Source: Eledone cirrhosa
Taxonomy: Eukaryota
Reading direction: 5' to 3'
NCBI GenBank assembly: GCA_964016885.1
Contig: OZ024746.1
Location: 930,001-994,000, forward strand
Length of the DNA: 64,000 nucleotides
Shown here: piece by piece, positions 27,884-44,214 of the stretch
Numbering within the stretch: the first letter of the stretch is position 1
Layout of the letters: every line of letters starts with the position of its first letter
Translations under genes and position numbers: made by a program
The notes under the pieces: generated by a model
Database searches by the model: none
Told to the model about the DNA's origin: nothing
Seen by the model: the letters and a program-made list of their open reading frames with translations, nothing else

Positions 27884-28620
27884 GGAGGTGAGTTTTATTG
27901 TAGTACAATAAAGCAATGCAGATATCGGATAAGAAGCACTCTACAGTTTGTAGGACTGGAGTATGCATAATATAAGATCAAAAGATGGTTAAAGGAGTTC
28001 CATGTATTTTATTATGCGCATTTCAAAAACAAACATCATCATGCAATAATATTTGTGTTTTCATCAGATAAAACAGGAGAACATGATATGAAGGCTAAAA
28101 AACACTTGTGGATAGTGCAGTTTTAAATCAACATATGAAAAGTGGTTTTAGATTGATGTGTGATATTGGGAAAAATATTTTATTTAGAGAGGGGGGGGGG
28201 ATGAAAAAGGGAAGGAGATGAGAGGGAGAGATGGGTGATAGAGAGAAAGAGATAGTTTTTATAACTGAGAGGAGATATATTTTTTTACATAGAGAGGTTG
28301 AAAACCGTTGGAAGATAATGTATAAATTAAAAATTTTGAAAATTAACGAAGGGAGGATATGTGCGAGGAAAAAATATTTTATTTAGGGAGGGGGGGGGGG
28401 GGGGGTGTAAAGGATGAAAAAAAGGGGAGGAGATGAGAGTGAAGGTGGAGAGGGAGAGATGGGTGATAGAGAGAAAGAGATAGTTTTTATAACTGAGAAA
28501 AAGATATATTGTTTTAACATAGAGAGGTTGGGAACCGTTTGAAGATAATGTACAAATTAAAGGAATTTGAAAATTAACGAAGGGAAATTATGTATGAAGA
28601 TAGAGAGAAAAAAATAATAA
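27880..28620 (-). mobile_element. ORF-less pLTR/retrozyme-like element (family C)
   Basis: 27880-28136 homologous to 33190-33615; internal tandem duplication ~28170-28370/28370-28610; (TA)n flanks. Confidence 0.75.
28007..28073 (-). ncRNA. Type I hammerhead ribozyme with extended stem II (family C)
   Basis: Minus: TTTTAT-CTGATGA-AAACACAAATATTATTG-ca-TGATGATGTTTGTTTTT-GAAA-TGCGCA-TA-ATAAAA; palindrome ATGCGCAT. Confidence 0.82.
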
Positions 28621-28890
28621 TATATATATACATACATATATATATACATATACATACATATATATATATATACATATATATACATATATATATATACATA
28701 TATATACATATATATATACATATACATATATATATATACATAGACATATATGTATATACATACACATATATATATATACATACATATATATATATACATA
28801 TACATACATATATATATATATACATATATATACATATATACATATATATATACATATATATACATATATACATATATACATATATATACA

Positions 28891-28924
<34 letters not shown>

Positions 28925-28925
28925 C

Positions 28926-28968
<43 letters not shown>

Positions 28969-29167
28969 TATATACATATATATATATATACATATATATA
29001 CATATACATATACATATATATATATATATATATTTATATACAAATATATATATATACATATATATATATACATATATATTTATATGCATATATATATATA
29101 TATATATTTATATACATATATATATATATTTATATACATATATATATATATAGATATATATATATAT

Positions 29168-29300
29168 ATATTGTTATACTTTGGGAGGGTCATGTTGCCA
29201 ATAAGAAACATGGCAACATGACCCTCCCAAAGTATAACAATATCGGTTTCAACACACGATTTCAGATAAAGAATCTTGCTAAACAAATTCAGAAACGAAA
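29168..29300. repeat. Perfect 33-bp hairpin with 10-nt loop and one-sided tail
   Basis: 29168-29200 is the reverse complement of 29211-29243; (TA)n flanks. Confidence 0.9.
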
Positions 29301-29357
29301 TATATATACATACATATATATAGATATATATACATATATATATACATATATGCATAT

Positions 29358-29416
<59 letters not shown>

Positions 29417-29447
29417 CATACATATATATATACATATATATATATAC

Positions 29448-29494
<47 letters not shown>

Positions 29495-29533
29495 CATATA
29501 TACATATATATATATATACATATATATATATAC

Positions 29534-29580
<47 letters not shown>

Positions 29581-29595
29581 CATATATATATATAC

Positions 29596-29712
<117 letters not shown>

Positions 29713-29727
29713 TATATATATATACAC

Positions 29728-29777
<50 letters not shown>

Positions 29778-29778
29778 G

Positions 29779-29835
<57 letters not shown>

Positions 29836-29872
29836 CTATGTATATATGTATATATATATCTATGTATATATG

Positions 29873-29941
<69 letters not shown>

Positions 29942-30374
29942 CTATGTATATATGTATATATCTATATATCTATATATGTATATATATCTATATATGTATA
30001 TATCTATATATGTATATATCTATATATGTATATATATATATCTATATATGTATATATATATATATATATATCTATATATGTATATATATATATCTATATA
30101 TGTATATATATATATCTATATATGTATATATATATATCTATATATGTATATATATCTATATCTATATATGTATATATATATATCTATATATGTATATATA
30201 TATATCTATATATGTATATATATCTATATCTATATATGTATATATCTATATCTATATATGTATATATATATATATCTATATATGTATATATATATATCTA
30301 TATATCTATATATGTATATATATATATCTATATATGTATATATATATATATGTATATATATATATCTATATATG

Positions 30375-30501
<127 letters not shown>

Positions 30502-30627
30502 GTATATATATATATGTATATATATATATGTATATATGTATATATATATATGTATATATATATATACACATATATATACATATATATATATATACATATA
30601 TATATACATATATATACATATATATAC

Positions 30628-30722
<95 letters not shown>

Positions 30723-30817
30723 CATATATATATGTACATATATATATATACATATATACATATATATATATACATATATACATATATATATATACATATA
30801 TACATATATATATATAC

Positions 30818-31000
<183 letters not shown>

Positions 31001-31078
31001 CATATATACATATATATATATATACATATATATATATAGAGAGATTACAGTAATCAAAGTTCAGTTTAAGTCATTTAT

Positions 31079-31127
31079 TTGCTTACAATTGTTTCCTCCA
31101 AACCGAGGTTTAGATTCTTCGGAGCAA
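31079..31127 (-). ncRNA. Type I hammerhead ribozyme (U4C core variant)
   Basis: Minus: TTGCT-CCGAAGA-aTCTAAACC-tc-GGTTTGGAg-GAAA-CAATTG-TA-AGCAA; palindrome ACAATTGT; TATAAATA immediately upstream (31129-31136). Confidence 0.78.
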
Positions 31128-32688
31128 CTATTTATAACATACTTGACCTCCTTTTCAACCCAAGAAACACATAAAACATATGCGCATATTGATCAACAGT
31201 GGGGTGACATTCATCAAATGAAACAGCATGGCAATTTACATATAAAGTGTTACATGATAAAAATAAAATAAAATAAAATAAAATAAAAGCAAGAGTGAAA
31301 ATAAAGATAAACATGAAGCGTTGGCAGTCTATGAAGATAAAGCAATCTCCCGTGTAGCATGCACGCTTGTCTTATCTATACATGATTAGAGTGCGTCAGA
31401 ATGATATTTGCAGGGTCAGGCAGTTGAAGCAGGCAATCGATCTTATAATATAGGCTGAATTATTAAGTCATTAATTCTCATACATCTGTATGATATACAG
31501 TCTCGGATGCGGGGAAACACCAAAATATCAAAAACCTTCAACATACTATAAACCTTATTGTATCGTAGGCAAGGTCGTACCACTGTCCTTGCTCACACCA
31601 CCACTCACATAATCCATGAGACGCAATATATATAGAGAACACGCGTCTATCGTATAATTCGCAGTGGTTCAGCCTATAGTCAAGCTATAAACGGTATCCA
31701 GTCGGTTCTTAATTAATATATCATGCTGTCCAAATTCCGGAAGTGCCTGAATGATTAAGGGGAATTAATGCGTAAGGGGAGGTAACTAGCTAGTTATTTT
31801 AGTTACATTACTATGCTAAACTACATTAATGGTGAATCAAATACGTGCCTATCATGTGAAGTTATAACTAATATCTAGAGTATGGTACCCATTTATAAGT
31901 TAGAGAGTTGTTCATTAAGAAGTACAAGGGTGTATATACTAGGATGATTGCCAACCAATAATTAAGGGGTGTCATATCTGAACGTTCTATAAGAGGAGTC
32001 AGACTCTCAAGTCACTGCTCCATGCAAATGTAATATAACAGTAGGACCTGGTATGGTCCCACTATTATATATGCCACCCGGTAGGCTCCGGGTCATTGCT
32101 TGCCTGCATCTCCAGTAAATCTTCGGTATGGTCTGGAGATCCGATCTCTCACATAAACGCACTAGTCTGGCCATCAGGTAATAGACAACCCCCGTCTCAA
32201 ATATAAATCAATTATGTATCACATCTCCAAGCTAGAGTGGAGTCTATTAATAGGTATTAAAGGAGTCCACATCAAGATGATTACTTTCATAATTCAATGA
32301 ACTGATCGTTTACAGTATATACTCACTTAACAATACGATTATCTATCTAATCATCAATCTATCTCTTGGTGGTAATCTATGCACAGGACTATGCTATCAC
32401 AACGAGTACCGTGTCCCCAGTTTATACTAATCTTATATTTGTGCAATGCAGAATAAGTAGTCCACGGTCGGGATATCAGTATTAGAGGCACAAGGGGGTA
32501 TTCCCAGGGTAGGTGGCACTCAAAAGCTGTCAGTATTATCTTTAGAGTATAGAGATGGGTGTGGATGTGAGGTGTAAGGTGTGCTACTGATGTTAATTGC
32601 TAGGGGTGGTGCCGGTTCCAGTCTGACATTATTATATATAGGGTCTAAAGTTTTGGAACGAGTGTCGGAAGCGGTGTTGGCAATTTGC

Positions 32689-32888
32689 NNNNNNNNNNNN
32701 NNNNNNNNNNNNNNNNNNNNNNNNNNNNNNNNNNNNNNNNNNNNNNNNNNNNNNNNNNNNNNNNNNNNNNNNNNNNNNNNNNNNNNNNNNNNNNNNNNNN
32801 NNNNNNNNNNNNNNNNNNNNNNNNNNNNNNNNNNNNNNNNNNNNNNNNNNNNNNNNNNNNNNNNNNNNNNNNNNNNNNNNNNNNNNNN
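32689..32888. other. Assembly gap (200 N)
   Basis: Run of n. Confidence 1.
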
Positions 32889-32914
32889 TATATATATATA
32901 TATATTATATATAT

Positions 32915-33073
<159 letters not shown>

Positions 33074-33093
33074 ATATATATATATATATTATA

Positions 33094-33197
<104 letters not shown>

Positions 33198-33229
33198 AGA
33201 TCAAAAGATGGTTAAAGGAGTTCAATATA

Positions 33230-33296
33230 TTTTATTATGCGCATTTCAAAAACAAACATCATCAAACAATAATATTTGTGTTTTCATCAGATAAAA
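33230..33296 (-). ncRNA. Type I hammerhead ribozyme (family C)
   Basis: Same fold as 28007-28073; differences confined to the stem II loop. Confidence 0.82.
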
Positions 33297-33422
33297 CAGG
33301 AGAACATGATATGAAGGCTAAAAAAACACTTGTTGATAGTGCAGTTTTAAATCAACATATATGTTGATTTAAAACTGCACTATCAACAAGTGCTTTTTTA
33401 GCCTTCATATCATGTTCTCCTG

Positions 33423-33489
33423 TTTTATTTGATGAAAACACAAATATTATTGTTTGATGATGTTTGTTTTTGAAATGCGCATAATAAAA
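33423..33489 (+). ncRNA. Hammerhead copy (family C) with C3U core change
   Basis: TTTTAT-TTGATGA-...-GAAA-TGCGCA-TA-ATAAAA. Confidence 0.65.
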
Positions 33490-33612
33490 TATATTGAACT
33501 CCTTTAACCATCTTTTGATCTTATATTATGCATACTCCAGTCCCACAAACTGTAGAGTGCTTCTTATCCGATATCTGCATTGCTTTATTGTACTACAATA
33601 AAACTCACCTCC

Positions 33613-33756
<144 letters not shown>

Positions 33757-33798
33757 TATATATAATATATATATATATATATAATACATATATATATA

Positions 33799-33846
<48 letters not shown>

Positions 33847-34329
33847 ACATTGTGAACTTATCAGGGTCGTCATATTGATTTGGTCTGACATTTTAACTGA
33901 TCCCCTTCTGTATTTAATTTACATTTTAATTAACTTCATTTGATATTTCATTAAAATATCAAACAACATTCCTGACCTTCAGTACTGCTGGGGGGGGGGG
34001 GGGCAGTACTGCTGGGGGAGACAGTACTGGGGGTGGGGGACATTGAATGGAAAATGTACAAGAAATATCAATGTGAAATAAAGTGAAAGAGAGGTGAAAT
34101 TATCCCCCCCCCCCCTTTGGGTCACGTTCACTTAAAAATAATTTTTAAATAATTAAAATATACACGGACATGTATATAATGTAAAATGAAAATGGAAGTC
34201 CCATATATATATATATATATATGTATGTATATATATATATATATGTATATATATATGTATATATATATATATATATATGTGAGTGTATGTGACCTATATA
34301 CACTGGTCACACACACACATATATATACA

Positions 34330-36742
34330 CACGCAAGCTTTCAACGACACTGTCGGAAGGCATGGGTTTGCCTCTCCGTATGCCGAGTTGCAAACCGACA
34401 GACTTATCTGGGTTTAGTCTTGCTCCTGTCAACATTTCGTATTCCTGTAATAGGTTGCTGATTACCCTGATTTCCGAGGTTTTCGACACCATTGCGGTTA
34501 TGTCGACGGCATAGGCCAACGCTGCTTTCCGCAGTCTTGGTTCGATCGGGATGCCCTGCAACAGCTCCAACTTCTGCAGTAACGGCTCGAGAGTCAGTAC
34601 ATACAGAATGAGTAGCTATTCACCGATTGGTAGCCATTCACCTTGACTACTGAGCAGATGCTGGTGTGCATGGCAGCGATCCAGCCTCTGAAGACGGGAC
34701 CAAAGCCGGCCGCCTTGAGAACCGCTTCCAAGTATTGATGGTCGACCCTATCAAATGCCTTAGACTGATCTAAATTGATCAGAGCCCCACCGAAGCCAGG
34801 TTTATACCCTACCCTCTCTATGATGTATCGCATGAGGTAGAGGTTGTTGTGTATGGACCTGGTCGAGATTGCACACGTTTGCACTTCCCCTACCAGGTTC
34901 TCGACGACAAGCGCCAGCCTCGCTGCTAACACCTTGGCCAAAATCTTTAATTCTGTGTTGAGCAGAGTTATGGGCCTGAAATTGCTTATCTCATCCCCCT
35001 TGTTCTCATCTTTCCTGATCCGCGTTACTACGCCTCTGCCTACAGAACTGGGAATCCTCCCGTTCTGCTGCCAATTGCAGTAGACCGCTTCGAAGACGCC
35101 AGAGAACAAGTCTGGCATGCCTATTTAAAACTCATAGGGTAGACCATCTAAACCGGGTGATTTGCGTTTCCCTCAGCGGCCTAGGGCATCTTCTATTTCG
35201 CCCGCTGTGATCGGCCTTTCACAGCTCTCTGCATCCGTGCTCGAGAGTCTTGGTACGCCGTCTAGGTAGGAGCTGAAGTCCATCACCTCGCTCGACGTAC
35301 CGCTTTGCCCGAACAGTTGTGCAAAATGCTGCTGGAAGGCCGTGCACATCTGCTTGGATTCAAGTATAATGCGTCCATCTTTGTCTTGCAAAGACCGAAT
35401 TGTGGATTTGTTGCCACTTTTCGCCTCTGCCACTCGGGCCCATCTAACAGCTTTGGCTCCCTCGTTTCTTAGAGCACGTGTTCTACTTCTGACAATACAA
35501 CCTTCGCGTTTCACGTTGGAGAACTGGTCTAGTGCCGTTCTCGCCGCTAGCACGTCAGCTGTACTGCTATTCCTAAGTGCCTCTTCTACTTTAGCTACCA
35601 GTTCCTTTTCAGTTTTGTTTTTTTCTAAAGCTACTTCCTTGCTAAATGCTATCGATCTCCACCACCTGTTGTTGACGATCGCCCTCCGTCAACTGGAACT
35701 TAACTAAGGTGCTAATCCGTTTATTGTATGCCTTACGCGCCGGGAGCGACATGTTTAGCTTCCAGTATCCGAGTCCCTGTCTATGTCTTCTATCAAGGTT
35801 GACTATGCAGGTGACTAATTTGTGGTCTGAATAGGCAACCATGTGCATTTGTGTACAGCTTAATGTTTCCTTATCATTCTGTCTAATTAAAAATTTATCT
35901 AAATACGATCTAGAAGACCCAGTGCGGTTGCTCCACGCCCACAGTGGTGCACTAGGGAAGTCTAGTCGATATCTATCAGCCAATTGGAATTGGCTGATGA
36001 AATTTTTGAGGCTATTACACCCCTCTATTATCACAAGCTCCTACATAGTCCCAACGTGCCTCCAAGATGCCATTCCAGTCCCCCGCTAACACTAAGGAGC
36101 GAGACGTTCCCAGGAATGGCTCCAGACACTTGAAGAACTCTGGTTGTGATGTCCCAGTCGGGGCATATACGGCCACCGGTCTGAAAGCTCCACCTTCACT
36201 ACCATTCACGTCCAGGACCACCAGGCTGCCCTCCAGGTCCAAGTGAATCGTCTGTATTTTAAGATCCAAGTTTTTTCGAAACAGAACAGCAACTCCCCCT
36301 CCATCTCCTGGCTGACAGAGAGATGCGTAGATCTCAAAATCATGGAGCATGGGGGTTAGCTGCTGCTTGTTGTGAATCCTGGACTCGGTGATGGCTATCA
36401 CATATATACAATGTGACCTGAGATCATTTAAAAGCTGGGCCTGTTTCCAGGACATGCTCAGGCCATTTACATTCAAACATCCAGCTTGTATAGTCACCAT
36501 GTTGGTGAAGAAGAGTTAAGGAGACAAAAGGCAGCAACACTTACCTTTTCGTTTCCTGGAGGTCGGGTTGTTCGAATTCCATGTCCAGATTGGTGGTGTT
36601 TGGGGAGGGAGGGAATCCTTTTAGCAGGACACGGTTAAGGGGTTTTTGGCAGGGGGGGGGGGGCATCATGTGGGAAGTTCTCTTTTAAAGTTTCGTACTG
36701 TAGGGTTGTTACCTTGATAAGTTTGAGGTTTGGGGGTGGGTC
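34330..36742 (-). pseudogene. L1/Tx1-clade LINE: frameshifted ORF2 (APE endonuclease + partial RT) and likely ORF1 end
   Basis: CLNVNGL, ITESR, VYAP, LAGDWN, YLDKFL, YSDHKLV, YWKLN; FRPITLLNTELKILAK, LDQSKAFDRVDH; split over five or more ORFs. Confidence 0.9.
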
Positions 36743-36743
36743 G

Positions 36744-36780
<37 letters not shown>
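36744..36780. repeat. (TAGA)n microsatellite
   Basis: About nine units. Confidence 0.95.
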
Positions 36781-37039
36781 GGTTGTATGGTCAAGTGTGT
36801 ACTGATACATTGGTCATCAAATGATCAACTAAGATCAAAGAAATAATGGATAGATAATTCTCTAAAAAAGAATAGGTGGCGGCGTCGTCGTTGTTGTTGT
36901 TGCTGTTGTTGCTGTTAAGCCAGACCAACTCCAATGGCAACTGTGAAATCTATGAAAGGACAACTCACAGGTTAAAAGTGATCAACATTAAATATATTTC
37001 AGTCTGTTATTACTTCTACCATGTCTTTATACATAGACA

Positions 37040-37337
37040 CACCAACACCACCAACACCACCACCAACACCACCACTAGTATCAACACCACCACCACCACA
37101 CCATCACCAACACCAACACCACCATCACCAATACCACCACCATCACCAATACCACCACCATCACCAACACCACCACCACTAGTATCAACACCACCACCAT
37201 CACCACCACCACCACCATCACCACCACCACTAGTATCAACAACACCACCACCATCACCAACACCACCACCACCACTAGTATCAACAACACCACCACCACC
37301 ACCACCACCACCATCACCACCACCACCACCACCACTG
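37040..37337. repeat. Degenerate (CAC)n trinucleotide repeat
   Basis: Low complexity. Confidence 0.95.
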
Positions 37338-38769
37338 CTCAACAGATCCCCCAGCCCTTCTATACCATTTACACTATTATATTCATACCTTCAGTATGTA
37401 GGACCCTGACATATTTTGAAATTAACTTTTGGAGGTAAAAAAGAAGTACATCATTTTCTGGAAAATATGGCAAGTGGGATGGGATGTCTTAAAAATGACA
37501 AACAATAGCAGTTGGGGGGCTCTGTGTATTCAAAATCTCACTACCACTTTACTTTCTGTCATTTACCACCAGAAAACACACAAACAAACGTATAAAATGT
37601 TTGTTTCTAAATAACTTTCATTGAATTTCCAGTTTGTCTCCAGTAATCTTGAATAGTTTGTATATAAACTGGGAGAAGTGTTTTATAAAGTGAAATAAAC
37701 TGTTTTTGACAAGCTGAAAGGAATCATCAGAAACAAGCATCTTACTTTGAATATTTTGTTGCAGAAATATATTAAATATTTTGGTTAAGAAAATATATTT
37801 TTCAATTTTATTGATTACTTATTTTATTTTCCTATGATGATATGAATTTATTTAGTATGGAAAACAGACAAGCAAGGATTCTGCAGGGGGGGGGGGGGGG
37901 ATAACAGCATGTTGTCTCAGGCTAATTGGATAATATAGAGGGGAACTGGTTGTAAAATGCTTAATAGAAAAACGAAAATGATGAAAAACATCAAGAAAAA
38001 TATATTTTAAAAAAACAGCATATATATTTATATTTTCCCCCTTCTTTAGCCTGAAGGAAAATAAGTTTGTAACCTTTATTTGTAAACAGAGTTATGATAT
38101 GATCTCAATCAAAAGCCAACAGCCTCATCTATTTTCTGCTGAACTCCTCCAGTCAATTGCTGCCTATGAGATTCTGACATTTTTTTATTCTATTTTTTGA
38201 CCCTGCAGTACGACTATTTGCCAATGTGATTGCACTTTCACATAATTCTATTGTAGCCATGTTATAATGTCATAAATTCCTTATTAACAATATAACCGTC
38301 AGTGAACACCAATGGGACCTCTAAAGAAGGAGGGGAGGCTGCAATAAAGCTGGAGGCTATGTAAGAAAAATGACCTAAAGGCTGAATGTTAAAACCAGCC
38401 AAAGAGAAGAAGGAAGGGAAAAACAAGGGAAAAGACGTCAATTTAGCAAGGATGGGTAAGAGAAGAGAATATGATTATGTAGACAAGATCCCTGGTGTAT
38501 TTAGGTACAGTTTTATATTTGCATGTTTAGGCAGCTGGAAAACTTCCCTGGATATTTTTGGTTTTTAACATAGCAACAAAAGCAATAACAATAAATACTT
38601 GCCTAAAATTGTGTAAAACTATTTGAATATGATTTAATAAGAGCATTATTTAACTGCAAATTCAGCAAAATCAAAGTGAATTTCCTGATAATCTTCTTAA
38701 GCATTGATTTCATTTTAACAGTAACTCTCTTAAAGTGAAGATTTCTTCTACTGAGGTCTCTTACTCCAT

Positions 38770-39860
38770 GACAACCACTATCACCACTACCACTACCACC
38801 ACCACCACCACCATCACCACCACCACTACCACACCACTATCACCACCACCACTACCACCACCACCACCACCATCACCACCACCACTACCACACCACTATC
38901 ACCACCACCACTATCACCACTACCACTACCACCACCACCATCACCACCACCATCACCACCACCACTACCACACCACTATCACCACCACCACCACCACCAC
39001 TATCACAACCACCACCACCACCACCACTATCACCACTACCACCACCACCACTATCACCACCACCATCACCACCACCACCACCACTATCACCACCACCATC
39101 ACCACCACCATCACCACCACCACTACTATCACCACTACCACAACCACCACCACCACACCACTATCACCACCACCACTATCACCACCACCACCACCACCAC
39201 CATCACCACCACCACTACTATCACCACTACCACAACCACCACCACCACACCACTATCACCACCACCACTATCACCACTACCACCACCACCACTATCACCA
39301 CCACCATCACCACCACCACTACTATCATCACCACTACTACTATCACCACTACCACAACCACCACTACCACAACCACCACCACCACACCACTATCACCACT
39401 ACCACCACCACCACCACCATCACCACCACCATCACCACCACCACTACTATCACCACTACCACAACCACCACTACCACAACCACCACCACCACACCACTAT
39501 CACCACTACCACCACCACCACCACCATCACCACCACCATCACCACCACCACTACTATCACCACTACCACAACCACCACTACCACCACCACCACCACACCA
39601 CTATCACCACCACCACTATCACCACCACCACTATCACCAATAATACCACCACTACCACCACTATCCCCCTCACTACTCCCCCCCACCCCCACTACTCCCA
39701 CCACCACTGCCACCACCACCAATAACCCCCCACCCATACCCCACCACCACCAGCACCACCACCACCACCACTATCACCCCCCGCACCACCATCACCACCA
39801 CCAACACCACTATTACCCCCCCACTCACCTCCACACCCACCTCATCACCCCACCCCACCT
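38770..39860. repeat. Degenerate (CAC/TAC/ATC)n trinucleotide repeat
   Basis: Low complexity. Confidence 0.95.
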
Positions 39861-39929
39861 CATATGGTCATTCCATGAGAGTATCTTGGTCAGCCTATGA
39901 ACCACTCAGCCAACCCTCCTATACACCTT

Positions 39930-41620
39930 TAATAATTGTTTCTACTTTTGGCACAAGGCCAGTAATTACTCCAGTGTATTACTGGTACTTTATTTTATTG
40001 ACCCCGTAGGATGAAAGTCAAAGTTAACCTGGGCAATGTGTAAATAGCAGACACGTAGTAATGTAGATATGTCCAACATTTGTTGATGTTTAGCAAAATC
40101 TAACAATGTCTGCAGTACTTACGGCCCCCTTCAGCCACCCATGACCATGGTGTTGCATATGGAAAGTTCCCCTGTGAGGGGCAAGCCTGGATAAAGTGTG
40201 TTTGTGGAAGACAGTTTCCCCACACCGTCAATGTTGTCCAAGGATACAACTTGGTGACATCACAACTCATTTCTTCAGCTGAGTCAACTGGAGCAATGTG
40301 TATTAGAATGTTTTTCACCTGGTCCGGGATTGGAACTCACAACCTTACAATTGTCACCTTAATGCTCCTCTAACTACTAAAACACATACCTTCACACTTT
40401 TACCTAATTCTTAGATATTCATATCCTATGGTTTTACCCAAATTATCATAATACATCTGGTTTCATGTTAAAAGCTCCTATCTACAATGTAAATGTTGAT
40501 ATATTGTAACAATATCTCAAGTTACAATATTTAAATGTCTTATAGCTCAGATGACAGTAAATTAACAAAGTTGTTAGGAGGTAAGATAGAAATCTTTCTA
40601 GTATTTAGATCCCTCGACACTGAGTTCAAATCCTGTTGAGGCCAGTGTTGACTTTCATAGTTAATAAAGTACAACTCTAGTACTGGGGTTGATTTGTCTC
40701 CCCTCCTCCTCCTCCTCTCTCTCTCTCTCTCTCTCTCTCAACAAGGAGAAGAATTCACATGTAGTAAAACCTGGAGAGGAATGGGCAGTGCTAGGTTTAA
40801 AACATCCAACATGGTGCGCTTACAATTTCATATGGAGATTAGTGACTGTACTTTAAGAAACAAGAGTTTTAGGATCATTAACAATGTTTTATGACCAGGT
40901 TCCCTTCCTGGCGCTAATCCTCTTAGTCACTTCTTAAGACATTCAGAGATGGTATGGTCTCCTCATGGAGTTGAAGGGACACCATCATGGCATATATAGG
41001 GCACTTTTTAAGCCTAGCAGAGTCCATCCCTCTCCAGGTCTGAACACACCAAATTTCTTCCACAGAAGGATTGAAAGTGAGAGAGAAGGAGATATAGAGA
41101 AAGAATTTACCCAGTACTTGACTGGTACTTTTTTTTATCAACCTTAAAAGGATGAAAGGCAAAGTTGACCTCGGCTGGAACGAATACCACAAATCATTCT
41201 ATCCAACGTTCTAATAACTCTGACCATGTAGGAATACCATGTAGGAATACCATGTAGGAATACCATGTAGGAATACCATGTAGGAATACCACGTAGGAAT
41301 ACCATGTAAGAATACCATGTAGGAATTCCATGTGGGAATACCATGTAGGAATGCCATGTAGAAATACCATGCACCTATTCTAAACCAGATACACACAGAA
41401 AATATTTTAATATTTACAGTTTCTACAACATGTGGTAAGGGTGTTGGACATATGATCATAATGTCATGGGTTCAATTCCTCGGCTGAAAATGAATACCAG
41501 TAATATCTGGAGGTTTACCTCTGAGATAGACTGGCACCCTGTCCAGGGGAAAGTATTGCACTCTCAGCCGTTTCAAACCAGGCGAAACACCGACCTAACG
41601 AGCCTCCCGACAAACTTTCG
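39930..41620. mobile_element. Cluster of degenerate SINE fragments on both strands
   Basis: 39935-40035 (-), 40100-40395 (-), 40600-40925 (+), 40925-41225 (-), 41430-41610 (+) share B-box and central-domain motifs with the other SINE copies. Confidence 0.65.
41224..41371. repeat. 13-bp minisatellite (CCATGTAGGAATA) ~11 copies
   Basis: Direct tandem repeats. Confidence 0.95.
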
Positions 41621-42393
41621 ACTACATATCCCAGTCATTATCCTCAGATTGAAGGTTTCAATTACTGTTATTATTTTACTCTGATAGGGGTTCTTTAACA
41701 AACTGCTAACATCTCTAAGGAAGCTCTACAGCTTATCTTATTGATAACAGTTTATCTTGTAATACAACAAATAAATCAATATAAAGTTCTGGAAGTTTTA
41801 TCACAACTTTAATGTAGTTCACATGAAATAAAGCAACTGACATTCCCATATGTTCTGCTAAAAACATACCAAAAACACAGTGTTCAGCACATCTTATTAA
41901 TTACCTTCACTGTATATTCTGGATTAGCTGAGGCTGTGTCAGTTTAGAGGTTTAGCTCCCCCCCCCCCCCCCAACATTCCCCAGCCTGTCACAGAAGAAA
42001 GATAAACTTTTAAAATAAATGACGAAAATTTTTTATAAAACTTCATTGGAATGTATATATTTTTTTGTTTAGTTATTTTTAATTAGGCAGAGAGTAAAAT
42101 GATAAGGAGGTGAGGGAGGGGGGTATACTTCGTTGGATCTCCCTGCCCACACCTCCACTATATTGCTTTACCCACCTCATTATTTTATTAACTCCAGAAA
42201 AATGTAGTCACAATGAATATTATGTAAGACTCTAAGATGGTGTTGTGTGGTTTAAGGTGTCTTGTAACTCCAGAGTTTCAGGTTTACTACCACTGGGTGA
42301 CATCTTGACCAAATCTCTTCGACTGTAGCTTCAGATTGATCAATGTCTTGGGAGTGTATTTTTGTAGACAGAAACTGTAAAGAAGCCTGTCAA

Positions 42394-42432
<39 letters not shown>

Positions 42433-42433
<1 letters not shown>

Positions 42434-42782
42434 CATCATCATCATCATCATCATTTCATTTCATTGTACGTCCGCTTTTTCCCTGCTTGCAAGGGTGGGA
42501 CGGGAACTGATTCTGGCTTGATTTCTACAGCTGGATGCCCTTCCTAACACCAACCTCATTTACAGTGAGTGCTGGGTGCTTTTTTTTTGCTGTGGCACCA
42601 CCACGACCACTTTGCAGTGAAATGATAGGGACCCCAGTCCCTATCATCTCATTTCTACAGCTGAGTAAACTGGAGCAATGTGAAATAAAGTGTCTTGCTC
42701 AAGGAAACAACACATCACCCGGTCTGAGAATTGAACTCACAACCTTTTGATTGCAAGGCCAATGCTCTAACCACTAAGCCAT
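42433..42782 (-). mobile_element. tRNA-derived SINE with RTE-type 3' end
   Basis: Homologous to 23742-24068 and 43826-44160. Confidence 0.85.
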
Positions 42783-42821
42783 ATATATATATACTGTATA
42801 TATATTATATATATATGTATA

Positions 42822-43819
<998 letters not shown>

Positions 43820-43825
43820 GGTGAT

Positions 43826-44160
43826 GGAGGCACATGACATGGCTTAGTGGGTAGAGCATTGGCCTTGCAATCAAAAGTTTGTGAGTTCAATTCTCAGACC
43901 AGATAATGTGTTGTTTCCTTGACCAAGACACTTTATTTCACATTGCTCCAGTTTACTCAGCTGTAGATATGAGATGATAGGGACCGGGGTCCATACCATT
44001 CCACTGCAAAGTGGTCGTGGGGGTGTCATGGCAGGAAAGCACTCAGCACTCACTGTAAATGAGGTTGGTGTTAGGAAGGGCATCCAGCTGTAGAAATCAA
44101 GCCAGAATCCCGTCCTACCCTTGCAAACAGGGAAAAGCAGACGTAAAAATGATGATGAGG
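43826..44160 (+). mobile_element. tRNA-derived SINE with RTE-type 3' end
   Basis: TGGCTTAGTGG A box, GAGTTCAATTC B box, RTE-like tail ending (GAT)n. Confidence 0.88.
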
Positions 44161-44214
44161 ATATATATAATCAAATATATAGACGGAAAAATTATCTTTT
44201 AAATCATATTTAAT

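Noticed and set aside
36876-39860. Poly-T/P/H or poly-V/G ORFs resembling mucins or extensins
   Set aside because: (CAC)n trinucleotide repeats open in several frames; no domain or splice evidence
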